A stretch of 52,071 nt of DNA from a virus. Its lineage: Duplodnaviria; Caudoviricetes. The position numbers and the translations under genes are program-made. The notes under the pieces were generated by a model that was not told where the DNA came from, ran no database searches, and saw nothing but the letters and a program-made list of their open reading frames with translations. This document shows positions 36,274 through 46,774 of this stretch, in pieces (within the stretch, counting starts at the first letter, position 1; each line of letters starts with the position of its first letter). Location of the stretch: the IMG/VR virus record IMGVR_UViG_3300030329_003799, positions 1-52,071 of that record; one strand, given 5' to 3'.

Positions 36274-37347
36274 ATGTTAGGATCAACACCAAGACAATTA
36301 GCAGGACATTCACCAGGACCACAAAGGCCTGATACAAATATATTGACGCCTGAAGAAAGACATTTAATGAAGGAGAGAAGAAGAGTAGAGGCTATGATAA
36401 CTACTTATAATGCTAATCCTTCTAGATATGACGATGCATATGCTATGCAAATAGAACAATACGCTGCTCAATATGGGATACCATTTCAAAGAGCAGGTGC
36501 TGGCGTTATACGAAATGCTGGGGCTGCAGCTGGAGGTTTTATAGATTCATTTTTATGGGACTTACTTCCAGACAGTTGGTATTCTAGTGACGCTACTTCA
36601 ACTGCTAGAAAGTTTGGTAAAGGTGCAGGTTTAGCAAGCGCTGCTTTATTAACAGGTGGTACTTCTTTATTAGGTAAAAGCATGACTAAATTTGCTCAAA
36701 GTGGAGTAGGTCAATTTACTACTGCAGGAGCTGCTTTAGGAGCTAAGAAAATGTTAGCACCTACTATAGCAGGAGCAGCAAAACAAGGCGGGATGGTAGG
36801 CAATTTAGCAGAAACTGTAATGGCTTCAGGACAAGGTCAAAATATATCTAAAATGGCTGTTAAGGATATAACAAAGACAGCTAAAGGGCTTGTTAAAAAA
36901 GGTGACAAATCAGGAGCTCTTGCAGCTATAGACAAAGCAGGTGAATTAACTACTGCTGCTCAAAAAGTTGATACTGCTACCAAGATTGGTGCAGTAGGAA
37001 AAGGTCTTGAATCTGCTGTATATAGAGCATCCAAAGGAATTGGGAAGGGAGCTGCTACTGCAGCAGCTACTGGAACACAAACTAAAGCTGAAGTATTGAT
37101 TAATAGTTTAATTGGTAAAAAAGGTGTCGGTGCAAAATCAGAAAAAGGATTAAAGTCTTTATTAGCTGATAAAAATAAAGTAGCACAAATAGATGCTATA
37201 TTAAATGACCCTAATACTGATATAAATTTAGCTATTAGTACAATTAAAGGATTATTACCTAAGTCTGTAGGTAGTAAAGCTGTAAATAAAAGTGATATAG
37301 TAAAATTATTAAGCGAGTTTTACGGATTTAGTAGCATAGGAGGCTAA
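36274..37347 (+). CDS. Probable internal virion/ejection protein (A/G/K-rich)
   Basis: GAGGAG SD favours ATG 36274; glycine-zipper AALLTGGTSLLG. Confidence 0.65.
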   Translation: MLGSTPRQLAGHSPGPQRPDTNILTPEERHLMKERRRVEAMITTYNANPSRYDDAYAMQIEQYAAQYGIPFQRAGAGVIRNAGAAAGGFIDSFLWDLLPDSWYSSDATSTARKFGKGAGLASAALLTGGTSLLGKSMTKFAQSGVGQFTTAGAALGAKKMLAPTIAGAAKQGGMVGNLAETVMASGQGQNISKMAVKDITKTAKGLVKKGDKSGALAAIDKAGELTTAAQKVDTATKIGAVGKGLESAVYRASKGIGKGAATAAATGTQTKAEVLINSLIGKKGVGAKSEKGLKSLLADKNKVAQIDAILNDPNTDINLAISTIKGLLPKSVGSKAVNKSDIVKLLSEFYGFSSIGG

Positions 37348-37348
37348 A

Positions 37349-40300
37349 ATGGGCTTCATCTCGGGGGAAAAAGACTATTTTGATGAGTCTGCTTTTAAAC
37401 CTTCTTGGTCAGAACAAGACACACAAAGAAGAGTTCAGGCGTATTATGTCGCCCCACATACATTTCCACAAGCACAATTAGACGTATTGCATTCCCATGC
37501 AAATCATTATGGTATACAAATAGATGAAAATAGAGTTACTGCACATGATGATGAAATTAAATTTAAAAGATTATTACAGAAACTTGGCAGTGGTTTCTTA
37601 TCAGGCTTTACTACATTCGAAGTAGGCGATGAACCCCGAAATGATGCAGAAGCCATTGCCAACTCTTTAGGTCATTTAGCTGGATTTGTTGGCTTTATAC
37701 CTACTGCTCCATTAAAAGCATTAAATGCTACTAAAATGGTTAGCGCTGCTCAAGCTCTTAGAGGAAAATCTGTTCCAATGCTTGCAGCATCTCAATTACA
37801 GAAAGCTGTAACTCCTGTTAGCAAAAAGATATTAGACAATGCTATGAACATGAGATCTAAAGCTGTAGCAGATGCTGCTAATTTCTTAAATAAAGATGTG
37901 CCTTCACATATGATTGAAGGAGCTTTTCATTTAGGAACTGCATCAGCTGTAGGAGCATGGCAACAAGGTATAGATGGGATGATTCAAGCTGGAGTACATG
38001 GTGGTGTTATGGGTGGAGCATTTAGAGGGATAGCTAATATGATCAATAAAGGTGGAGCTAGAACTTTAGTAAGAACTGTTGAAAAAGACCATTTAGGTAG
38101 ACCTAAGCCTGCTAAACAAGTATTAACATTAGACCAAAAACAAGATAGAGCATTAAGAGGACTGGCTGGTTCGTTATTTGATGGGCTACCTTCTACATTA
38201 AGAGGCGATACTACTGCTCAACAGGTGTATCATTATTTACTAGGTGCTTATTTTGGAGCACAAGAAACTACTGCTGTTGAAATGGGCAGAAATAAATTCC
38301 TACAAAAAATGGAAAAATCTAACTCAGAAACAATAAGAAATGCTCAAAAAGTAGGCATGGAAAAAGGTTATAAAGGTGAAAGACTTCAGAAGTTTATAAT
38401 GAAAGAAACTTCAAATGATCTTAATTATGTGCCAGAGCTCACAAAAGGATGGGGCAAGTTATCAGAAAGAGTACAAGAATCTGTTAAAGAAGAAGCTGCA
38501 AATCTATGGGGATACAAATCAGATAGTAGAACCGCAGGTTATAAAATGCTTGAGGATATATTAGGCGAAGATGATGCTAAATCATTTATAGACGATTTAG
38601 AAATGCCTGTTGAAGAAGGTTTTACTGATACAGGCAAATTAAAACATGGAGCTAGATTAGTAATTCCTATGAAAGGCCAAGAGCATAAATATGTAATGGG
38701 GTCTGGTGGAGCTATCGGTTCTGATGCTAAATGGGCAGAAATTGGCCTTAGATATGGAGTTGACAACGTTGTGCATTATTCTTTTAAAGGACATAAAACA
38801 GCACCTAAATTAAAAGGAGATGTATATAAACTAAATGATAAAGCATTAGCTGAGGGCAATATAGCTGTAGAAAAGGCTAGTAAAAGACTAGGTAAAACAA
38901 CAGGTAGAAAAAAATATACTCTAGATTTACTTAGAAGAAATTATCATCAAGTAGTACATTCTGATGGAGTGTTTGCTATAGGCAGTATTGTTAGAAAAGG
39001 TAAAAGAGGTAAAAAAGATCCTCCTATTAACGAAGTAAGAGGTGGTACAGGTTGGGCTATAGCAATGGCTAAAGATATGCAAGGTAGAGAAATACATGTA
39101 TGGGATACCGTTGATAAAGGATGGCATAAATGGAATAGGTCTAAAAGAATTTGGGAAAAAGAAAAAGCTCCTAAATTAACTCCTGACTTTGCAGGTATTG
39201 GCAGTAGAGGAGTTCTAAAAGGAAAGAATTATATAATGCCAAAAGGTGCTGAAGAAGCCATAGAAGATGTGTATAAAGCGACTTTTGGAGAGCCAATAGA
39301 GAAATCTAAGGCCGAAAAAGCTAAAATTAAGGCAGAAAAAGAAAAAATAGTATCAGCAGTAGGGGGAGAAAAAAACGACGCTGAAAAGCACAAAATTATA
39401 AAAGAAGAGAATTTAGGAGAACCTAGTTTACAAGATATATTAGCAAGTGGAAGTGTAGAAGGGCCTGATGTTAAACCACTTAAAAAGTCTAAAAAAGGAG
39501 AAGATGTTAGCGTTAAAGGTCAACTTGATGACTCAAAGCAAACATCAGCTACTCCAGTATCAAACAGAACAGTTAGTTATGTTAAAAGAGAATTAGCAGG
39601 TATTCACTTAGATGATACTGCTAAGATACATAAGATGGCTAAAAAACTTGATAAGATTTTAGATAAAGCCTCTAGTTCTAAATTAAAAGATGGCTTGAGT
39701 TATAAAATAGAAGATTCTATGGATATAGTCAAAAAAGGAATGGATAGAGAATGGGGTATTACTTTAAAAGATAGTAAACTACTTGAAATGAAACAGCAAT
39801 TATTTTTACGTAATGCTGGAGTCCAGGTTCCTCACTTTACTGTCACAAACGGGAAGATATCTGATAAGCCTATAGCTTCTAAAAATTTAGCTCAAAATGA
39901 TAAAAGACAAAGAGCTCCTGAAATGTGGATTTCTCATGTGTGGCAAAGTCATGGTAAGTCGGGCCATGGCTATGCCATACTTGATCATTTTGTTGAAGGT
40001 CAAAATGGTAGATTTAGAGAATATTCTTTTGGTCAACAAAAAGAAAGATTAAAAGATAAAACTAAGAGTGATGACGCATGGAATAAAACATTAGCTGATA
40101 TATATGAAAAAATGTTTACTAATCATAATATGTATGCATATGGAGGTCGTGGTGATGCAGAAAGAATGTATTTTGTAAAAGTACACCCAAAAGTTCCAGT
40201 TAGAAAAATTCACGTTGATAAAATGTTAGAAGAAATACCAGAATTTAAATTAGATAATATGCCTACTTGGGTTAAGAAGTATGCTACTAAAAGCTTACTT

Positions 40301-43300
40301 ACAGCACAAGGTAAAACACTTAAACCTAAAATGGAAATGCGATATAAAAAAATGATTATATCAAATGCTTTATATGAAGCTGAGATGAATGGCTTTACTC
40401 CCGACGTAGCAGGTATTAAAAAATTACTAGCAATGAAAGATCGTGTTGGTATGAAAAAAGGTGTAATTGATTGGAATAAAAGACAGCAAATATGGTTCAC
40501 TAATGGCTATTCAGCTGATCGTGCTTTCTTTTTAAAGAACAAAAAAAGATTTAAACTGGGTGAATTAAAAGACAGTCAATTTAAATACATGTTGTTTGAA
40601 GACGCTTCTGAAAAAGGATTAAATGCTAAATCCTTAGCTAGAAAATATACTGAAGCAACTGATGGAGCTATATTAGCAGAAGAAGGTTTTGTTGATGCAT
40701 TAAATGAAAGTTTTGGTATGCCTGAATCTGGTCAAAATAAATCTTTTATAGTATCTCCCCATTCAGAACATGGTGCTTTATTAGGTAAATTTATGTTCCA
40801 TAAAGTGACACCTGAAGCTTCTAAATGGATGAGAAAACAAGGTATACACATGTTAATACCTCGTTCAGCTGCAAAACAATCAGGTAATAGAGACTATTTT
40901 GATTTATTCTCTGCTTCTAAAGCTTATAAAGAACCTAGATTTACTATAGGTGGTAAAAAAGCAAATCCTCAAGAAACAGATATGATATATGGTATGGATA
41001 TAGCACATATTAAAGGTTCTTTATCTGAAAAAGATACTGAACACCAATTACAAAATCAAAGACTTCCAAAGCAAATGCTGACAAATTTAACAGCTTATAA
41101 TTTTGCTACTAAAGGTGATCCTAAACTAGAAGCTAAATACCAAAAGTCTTTAGATAGGATGTTTGAAGAAATAATAGGAGAAAATTTCAGAGGTTCTAAA
41201 CCTTTTAACTCTAAATTACAAGATTTAATGGATAATTATGGTGATTTAAAACCTAAAGAAAGAGCTAAGAAAGTTGAGTTTCTTCTTAACAATATAGATA
41301 AAATAGGTGTTGACCAATTATTAAAAGCAATAAAAACTCCATATGCTCAAGAGTTTACTACTAAAGCGTATAGAAAGATAGTCAAGAAAACTGATGAAAT
41401 CATTATGGATAAAATTAATGATGGAGAATTGACTCAAAAAGAAGGGGCTGAATATTATCAGGAGTCTGCTAGTTTCAAAACATTAATGGATAGACTATTA
41501 GCATTAGAAGGGCAAATGGGGGGAGATACTACTCCTATATGGTTCCATAAATTTGTTAGAGATTTTAGAATGCAAGCTATGAGAAATTTTGTAGTATATC
41601 AAGTAACTAGGCCATCAATGCCTAATAGTATATCAGGTAGAATGAGACCATATGATCCATGGCTACGTGCAGATAAGAACATGAAAAGATTAGATAAAGA
41701 TGATAGTATATTCTTTTTAGATGATATGTACAGACATATGAAAATACAAGTTCCTAAAGATGTGTTTGTTGGAGAAAAAGCTCCTAGAACATTAGGTAAG
41801 TTGTGGGATAAATATCAAGAAATGAAAGATAATAAACAATTAGTTGGAAAGAAATTTGAAGATTTTCTACATGCTGTTGTTGTTCGTGTTCCTATGGACT
41901 CTTTATCAGGCGCACATGATTTAAAATTCGCAGGATTTACTGGTATTAATGGTAAAGGTATATTATTACATCCAAGAACTATGCAAGCATTAGGTGGTGC
42001 TGATTTAGATGGTGATAAAGCTTTTGCTTTCTTTGGTATGCCTAAAAGTTATAGAGATATGTATGGTAAAAACAAATATGAATTTTCTAGTACTGGTGAT
42101 GCAAAAGGAATAATCAAAGATAATAAAGAAGATTTTAGAGATATTCTTACTCGTAATAATCCAGAAGAAATGAAAGTATTTCAAGAACAAAGTGCAGTTT
42201 GGGACCCTATGTTAAGAGAAGATATATCTATGAGAGCTGCAGATGGACGTGCTAGATTAGGTCCAGCTGTTATAAATAGACAAGCAGCTATTGCAATGCA
42301 CGCATCACTTTCTGGTTCTAAACAGTCTGAAACAGTACCTTTTACTATGACTATAAATAAAAAGAAACATACTTTTGATATAGAAATATCTCCTAAGACA
42401 GATGCAAAAGAATTAGCTTATGCTAGGGAGCTTATGAGAGCTAGCATAGCATTTCCTTCTGACCCCTTAGATGAAGCTGGTCTTAAAAGTAAAGCTCATT
42501 TTCAATGGAAAGTATTTGAGTCTTTATTTAATGTAAAAATTCCTAAAGATATGGAAAAGGCATTAGGTAAAAAGAAAATGAAAGATTTTTTAAAAGGTAC
42601 AGATAAAAAAGATCCTGGTATTTACAAACTTGCTAGTAAATCATTAATGGGGACTTTAAAAAGAATGAATTCTGCATACTATGGTAGAAACTGGGATACA
42701 GGAAGAAGATGGTATTTCCCTGAGATACAAGAGATGGCAGAACCTATTTATACAGATTTTTCTCCAGAAATGATTAATACTATGATGCCTAAAATGGTAC
42801 AAGAATTAGGTAAAGTAGATTGGAGTGATAATGTATTTGCAAGAATAGATAAAAAAGGATTAAAAGATTTATATGGGCAATGGGACATAAAAAGAAAAGA
42901 TATAGATTGGCTTAAAAAACAATTAGGAAGAACGTCATTCAAGGTCAAGTATACTCCAGTTGTTAAGAACACTATTAAAGAACAATTATATCTTCCCGAG
43001 AAGAGGAACGCGGCTGTTGAATCTGTAGCAGCTTTTAGAAGAGCAGTCGCGAATACTCATTTTCCCATGAGAAAAGGATTTGAAAAAGATTTAAAAGAAG
43101 AATCATATAGAAGAGATGTCATAGAAGAATTATATACATTAAGCCAAGATGCTATAGTTAGAGATATGACTGATATTACTACCTTTGAAATGTTAAGAGA
43201 TTATATTAAAGCTAGTAAGATACCAAGAAGAAATGTAGTACATTTATCTAAATTTGCACAACAAGCTAGAAGACAATACACATTAGATTTTAAATCTCGT

Positions 43301-46300
43301 AAAAAAATACAAGAAGCTGATATGTTTGAAGAAAAAGAAACATCATTCGAAGATCAGCTATTAACAGATGAGTATATTAAAAACTTTAAATTAGGTAAAG
43401 GTAAGGATGGAAAAGGAACTAATGTTTTGAAACGTCCTTTAACTCCTGATGAGCAAGACATATTAGATATAATGTTAATAGGTTCTGCTGATAGATTTAA
43501 ATTAGATGAAATTAATAAATACGAATCTGAAAATTGGGGTAATTTAAGTAAACACGAAAAGAATATTATAGCTCAAGAAAGATATAAAGCTGCTGGAACA
43601 TCTTTAAATAGAGCAGGTTTTAACAGTGAGTCTGTTAATGATAAAATTATATTAGATTTAATGAACAGATATAATGAAAAGTTAATTACAACTTATGAGC
43701 CTCCTAAGAAATTAGCAGAAGCTACTAAAGAAAATAATAAAGCTGCTGATGAACCATTAAAGATGAAGGTTTCTGATAGTGAAGGTAAAGAAGCAGAAGT
43801 GGAAATAGATACCAATCATTATAGTGGTTTTGAGAAATTAAACAGAGGTGAAATAAAAGACGCAGAATTGAGAGATTTAGTTGATATGTTAGCTGATAAT
43901 ATTAATCATTATAAATCTAGATTTGGTGACAATTCAAAAGATATAGCTGAAAACATTAATTTACTTACAAGAGGATTAGTTGGTAAAGATTTAGCAGCAA
44001 TGAATAAAGAAGATTATCGTGTGATGAATAGATACTTTAATGATTTACGTTCAGGTACCTGGTATATGAGAAACATAGTGCCTAAGCTAAAACAAAAAGG
44101 AATCATTCCTAAAAGAGCTCATATGCAGTTTCCTTTAACTTCCAATAAAGAAAGAATGATGGAAGATATAGTATTATCGTACGAACAAGGGTACTTTCAA
44201 AACTATGATGGTACTGGTAAAATAGGTAAAATGGCTAAACCTACACATTACTTAGAAAGAATGCAATTCTTTACGGGAACATCTGTTGATTTAGCAACAA
44301 GGTATGATGATTTGCAAAAACAAGAACTTAGAGATGAACTACTTAAAGAAACAGGTTATGAATCTATTCCTGAAGGTGAAAGATTATATGAAATAGCAGT
44401 TGCATTAAGAGAGCAGCCTATGATCAATGAAATTGCTAGTAAGAAAAGAGGAGATGCTTATGATAGTGTTTTAAATTATAGAATAAAACAATATCAAGAT
44501 AGTATAACAGATTCTTTAACTAAAAACAAATGGGATGATTTAAAAGACAGGAAATTTAAAGTATCTTTAGGAGCTAAAGATAAGAATATGACTGGTCAGC
44601 AAATCGTTGATAATATAAATAAAGTTATAACTAAAAGAAATGAAAAGATACACACAGAATGGATTTCTAAAAATAAAAAGAATTTAGCTAAATATCAAAT
44701 AGGACATCATGACGAGGGTGGTTTAATTCCTAAATATGATATTGTAAAATTCACTAAACACATATCTAATCTATATAAAAAAGGTGAACCTGTAGATATG
44801 AACGAATTTGGCCTTGATGGTCTTAGAGAAATCTCTAGAAGTATGATGCTTCAATCTCCTGATACTAATAGCAAGTTAGCTAAAGCTATATTAAAACAAG
44901 ACGTAAGTCAAACTGGGCAAATGGATTTTAGTGTTTACTTCCCTCATGCTCATATGGACAATAAAGCTGCATTACAATCTCTTAAAAGAGGTTTAGATTT
45001 TATAGAAAAATCAGAATTAACTCCTACTGAAAAAGCCGCTGAAAAGAAAAAAATGTTAATAAGAACTAAAACATTAACAGGGGATTGGTTACCTCATGAT
45101 ATGATAGAATATCAAGCATTTGATGGTGCTTTAAGAGAAATAGCTAAAGGTAAAGATGGTGATTGGATGAAATGGTTTAACAGTAATCCTAGAACAGGTA
45201 ATATGATGTCTCGTAATAATCATATAGGAGGTTGGGCTAAAGATCCTGGTGTTTATGAAATATATCAAAACAATCTTATTAAAACTTATTATAGACAACT
45301 AGCTCAAATAATGAACAGAGCTACTATTGAAGAGTTTGAAATTAATAATCTTGGATTTAAAGGTAAAGAACATGTAGAAGCATGGAAGAATTTCTATAGA
45401 TTATACGCACAAGATGCTATGGGGTTCCCTAATAATATTCCTCGACATTTTTTAAATAAAGATAGTGGAATGAATATAGCAGGTACTCCTTATGCTTGGT
45501 GGGCAGATAGTAATGTTAAACGTATTGTAAATAATGTAAGAAAAAAATTAGGTATTAAAGAAGATTTAAGACTTCCTGAAGAATTAAGAGGAGTTGATGT
45601 AAGTCACATAAGACATTGGTCAAATGTAGAAGCCAGATATCAAATGGCAACGTTGTTAGCGCATCCTAAATCAGCAATAGCCAATATATATGGTGGTACA
45701 TTACATACAGTACAATCAGTAGGTTGGAGAAATTGGAGAAATTCTCGTAATGTAGAGTATCTAAGGACTAATCTTCCTGGAGAAGCTAAGAATTGGCTAG
45801 ATAAAGGCGATATGACTAAATGGGCAGTTAAACATGGTGTTGTTCCAGATTTTATATTATATGAAGCAGGATTAAATCCACAATTTAGAACTGGTAGATG
45901 GAAGGCATTTGTAGATGATGCTATGTCTTTATTTAATAAAGATCCTCATGTTAAAGACCATACTCTTATAAGTTTAGCTAAAAAGCATAAAATTACAGAG
46001 AATGCATTTCATAAAGCAGCTTGGTTCATGCGAGAACCTGAGCGCGCATTACGTCGTGATGCTTTTATATCTCACTATTTACAAGCTAGAGAGAATATTG
46101 GTAATGCAGAAATGCCTTTAGATCATCCGTTTCTTATAGAACAAGCTAAGAAAGGTGTTAAAGCAACACAATTCTTATATTCAGCTCCATATAGACCTCC
46201 TTTTTCACGTTCTGCATTGGGAAAAGTTATGACACGTTTCCAATTGTGGGCATGGAATGCTGTTAGGTTTAGGAAAGATGTAATCGCTGAAGCTGAGAAA

Positions 46301-46774
46301 CATGGATGGCGTCCTGGTACTCCTGAATTTGAAAGATTTAAGAGAACTATGACTACTGATATGTTTGTGTTAGGTATGTCCAATATCTTTGCATACTCTA
46401 TATTTGAAAATGCTTTACCTGCTCCTTGGAATTGGTTCCAAGATACAGCAGATTGGTTATTTGGAGATGAGAAAGCAAGAGACAGAGCATTCTTCGGGGC
46501 TTATCCAACTCAAATTGCACCACTCCAAGTGATTACACCTCCTATAGCAAGGATTGGCCCCGCTACTTTTAGCGCAATGGTTAATAATGATTATTCTAGA
46601 CTGTCTGAATATTATATATGGACTATGTTTCCATTTGGAAGGTTAGCTAGAGATGTTAAAAATAGCATAGAGAATCCTATCAGAACAATAGAAAACTTTA
46701 CAGGGATACCTTATGGTCAATTCCATAGAGAAATGAAGTCAATTCAAAAGGAAGATGATGAGCCAACAGAATAG
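37349..46774 (+). CDS. Giant (3141 aa) probable virion-packaged two-barrel RNA polymerase polyprotein with SLOG-like domain
   Basis: Barrel 1: ATDGAIL (D1105)...GKFMF...IPRSAAK. Barrel 2: VVVRVP...LGGADLDGDKAF (D1552). SLOG-like GSGGAIGSD...RNYHQV..SDGVFAIG...GGTGWAI...FAGIGSR. Sits in the ejection cassette. Confidence 0.85.
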   Translation: MGFISGEKDYFDESAFKPSWSEQDTQRRVQAYYVAPHTFPQAQLDVLHSHANHYGIQIDENRVTAHDDEIKFKRLLQKLGSGFLSGFTTFEVGDEPRNDAEAIANSLGHLAGFVGFIPTAPLKALNATKMVSAAQALRGKSVPMLAASQLQKAVTPVSKKILDNAMNMRSKAVADAANFLNKDVPSHMIEGAFHLGTASAVGAWQQGIDGMIQAGVHGGVMGGAFRGIANMINKGGARTLVRTVEKDHLGRPKPAKQVLTLDQKQDRALRGLAGSLFDGLPSTLRGDTTAQQVYHYLLGAYFGAQETTAVEMGRNKFLQKMEKSNSETIRNAQKVGMEKGYKGERLQKFIMKETSNDLNYVPELTKGWGKLSERVQESVKEEAANLWGYKSDSRTAGYKMLEDILGEDDAKSFIDDLEMPVEEGFTDTGKLKHGARLVIPMKGQEHKYVMGSGGAIGSDAKWAEIGLRYGVDNVVHYSFKGHKTAPKLKGDVYKLNDKALAEGNIAVEKASKRLGKTTGRKKYTLDLLRRNYHQVVHSDGVFAIGSIVRKGKRGKKDPPINEVRGGTGWAIAMAKDMQGREIHVWDTVDKGWHKWNRSKRIWEKEKAPKLTPDFAGIGSRGVLKGKNYIMPKGAEEAIEDVYKATFGEPIEKSKAEKAKIKAEKEKIVSAVGGEKNDAEKHKIIKEENLGEPSLQDILASGSVEGPDVKPLKKSKKGEDVSVKGQLDDSKQTSATPVSNRTVSYVKRELAGIHLDDTAKIHKMAKKLDKILDKASSSKLKDGLSYKIEDSMDIVKKGMDREWGITLKDSKLLEMKQQLFLRNAGVQVPHFTVTNGKISDKPIASKNLAQNDKRQRAPEMWISHVWQSHGKSGHGYAILDHFVEGQNGRFREYSFGQQKERLKDKTKSDDAWNKTLADIYEKMFTNHNMYAYGGRGDAERMYFVKVHPKVPVRKIHVDKMLEEIPEFKLDNMPTWVKKYATKSLLTAQGKTLKPKMEMRYKKMIISNALYEAEMNGFTPDVAGIKKLLAMKDRVGMKKGVIDWNKRQQIWFTNGYSADRAFFLKNKKRFKLGELKDSQFKYMLFEDASEKGLNAKSLARKYTEATDGAILAEEGFVDALNESFGMPESGQNKSFIVSPHSEHGALLGKFMFHKVTPEASKWMRKQGIHMLIPRSAAKQSGNRDYFDLFSASKAYKEPRFTIGGKKANPQETDMIYGMDIAHIKGSLSEKDTEHQLQNQRLPKQMLTNLTAYNFATKGDPKLEAKYQKSLDRMFEEIIGENFRGSKPFNSKLQDLMDNYGDLKPKERAKKVEFLLNNIDKIGVDQLLKAIKTPYAQEFTTKAYRKIVKKTDEIIMDKINDGELTQKEGAEYYQESASFKTLMDRLLALEGQMGGDTTPIWFHKFVRDFRMQAMRNFVVYQVTRPSMPNSISGRMRPYDPWLRADKNMKRLDKDDSIFFLDDMYRHMKIQVPKDVFVGEKAPRTLGKLWDKYQEMKDNKQLVGKKFEDFLHAVVVRVPMDSLSGAHDLKFAGFTGINGKGILLHPRTMQALGGADLDGDKAFAFFGMPKSYRDMYGKNKYEFSSTGDAKGIIKDNKEDFRDILTRNNPEEMKVFQEQSAVWDPMLREDISMRAADGRARLGPAVINRQAAIAMHASLSGSKQSETVPFTMTINKKKHTFDIEISPKTDAKELAYARELMRASIAFPSDPLDEAGLKSKAHFQWKVFESLFNVKIPKDMEKALGKKKMKDFLKGTDKKDPGIYKLASKSLMGTLKRMNSAYYGRNWDTGRRWYFPEIQEMAEPIYTDFSPEMINTMMPKMVQELGKVDWSDNVFARIDKKGLKDLYGQWDIKRKDIDWLKKQLGRTSFKVKYTPVVKNTIKEQLYLPEKRNAAVESVAAFRRAVANTHFPMRKGFEKDLKEESYRRDVIEELYTLSQDAIVRDMTDITTFEMLRDYIKASKIPRRNVVHLSKFAQQARRQYTLDFKSRKKIQEADMFEEKETSFEDQLLTDEYIKNFKLGKGKDGKGTNVLKRPLTPDEQDILDIMLIGSADRFKLDEINKYESENWGNLSKHEKNIIAQERYKAAGTSLNRAGFNSESVNDKIILDLMNRYNEKLITTYEPPKKLAEATKENNKAADEPLKMKVSDSEGKEAEVEIDTNHYSGFEKLNRGEIKDAELRDLVDMLADNINHYKSRFGDNSKDIAENINLLTRGLVGKDLAAMNKEDYRVMNRYFNDLRSGTWYMRNIVPKLKQKGIIPKRAHMQFPLTSNKERMMEDIVLSYEQGYFQNYDGTGKIGKMAKPTHYLERMQFFTGTSVDLATRYDDLQKQELRDELLKETGYESIPEGERLYEIAVALREQPMINEIASKKRGDAYDSVLNYRIKQYQDSITDSLTKNKWDDLKDRKFKVSLGAKDKNMTGQQIVDNINKVITKRNEKIHTEWISKNKKNLAKYQIGHHDEGGLIPKYDIVKFTKHISNLYKKGEPVDMNEFGLDGLREISRSMMLQSPDTNSKLAKAILKQDVSQTGQMDFSVYFPHAHMDNKAALQSLKRGLDFIEKSELTPTEKAAEKKKMLIRTKTLTGDWLPHDMIEYQAFDGALREIAKGKDGDWMKWFNSNPRTGNMMSRNNHIGGWAKDPGVYEIYQNNLIKTYYRQLAQIMNRATIEEFEINNLGFKGKEHVEAWKNFYRLYAQDAMGFPNNIPRHFLNKDSGMNIAGTPYAWWADSNVKRIVNNVRKKLGIKEDLRLPEELRGVDVSHIRHWSNVEARYQMATLLAHPKSAIANIYGGTLHTVQSVGWRNWRNSRNVEYLRTNLPGEAKNWLDKGDMTKWAVKHGVVPDFILYEAGLNPQFRTGRWKAFVDDAMSLFNKDPHVKDHTLISLAKKHKITENAFHKAAWFMREPERALRRDAFISHYLQARENIGNAEMPLDHPFLIEQAKKGVKATQFLYSAPYRPPFSRSALGKVMTRFQLWAWNAVRFRKDVIAEAEKHGWRPGTPEFERFKRTMTTDMFVLGMSNIFAYSIFENALPAPWNWFQDTADWLFGDEKARDRAFFGAYPTQIAPLQVITPPIARIGPATFSAMVNNDYSRLSEYYIWTMFPFGRLARDVKNSIENPIRTIENFTGIPYGQFHREMKSIQKEDDEPTE

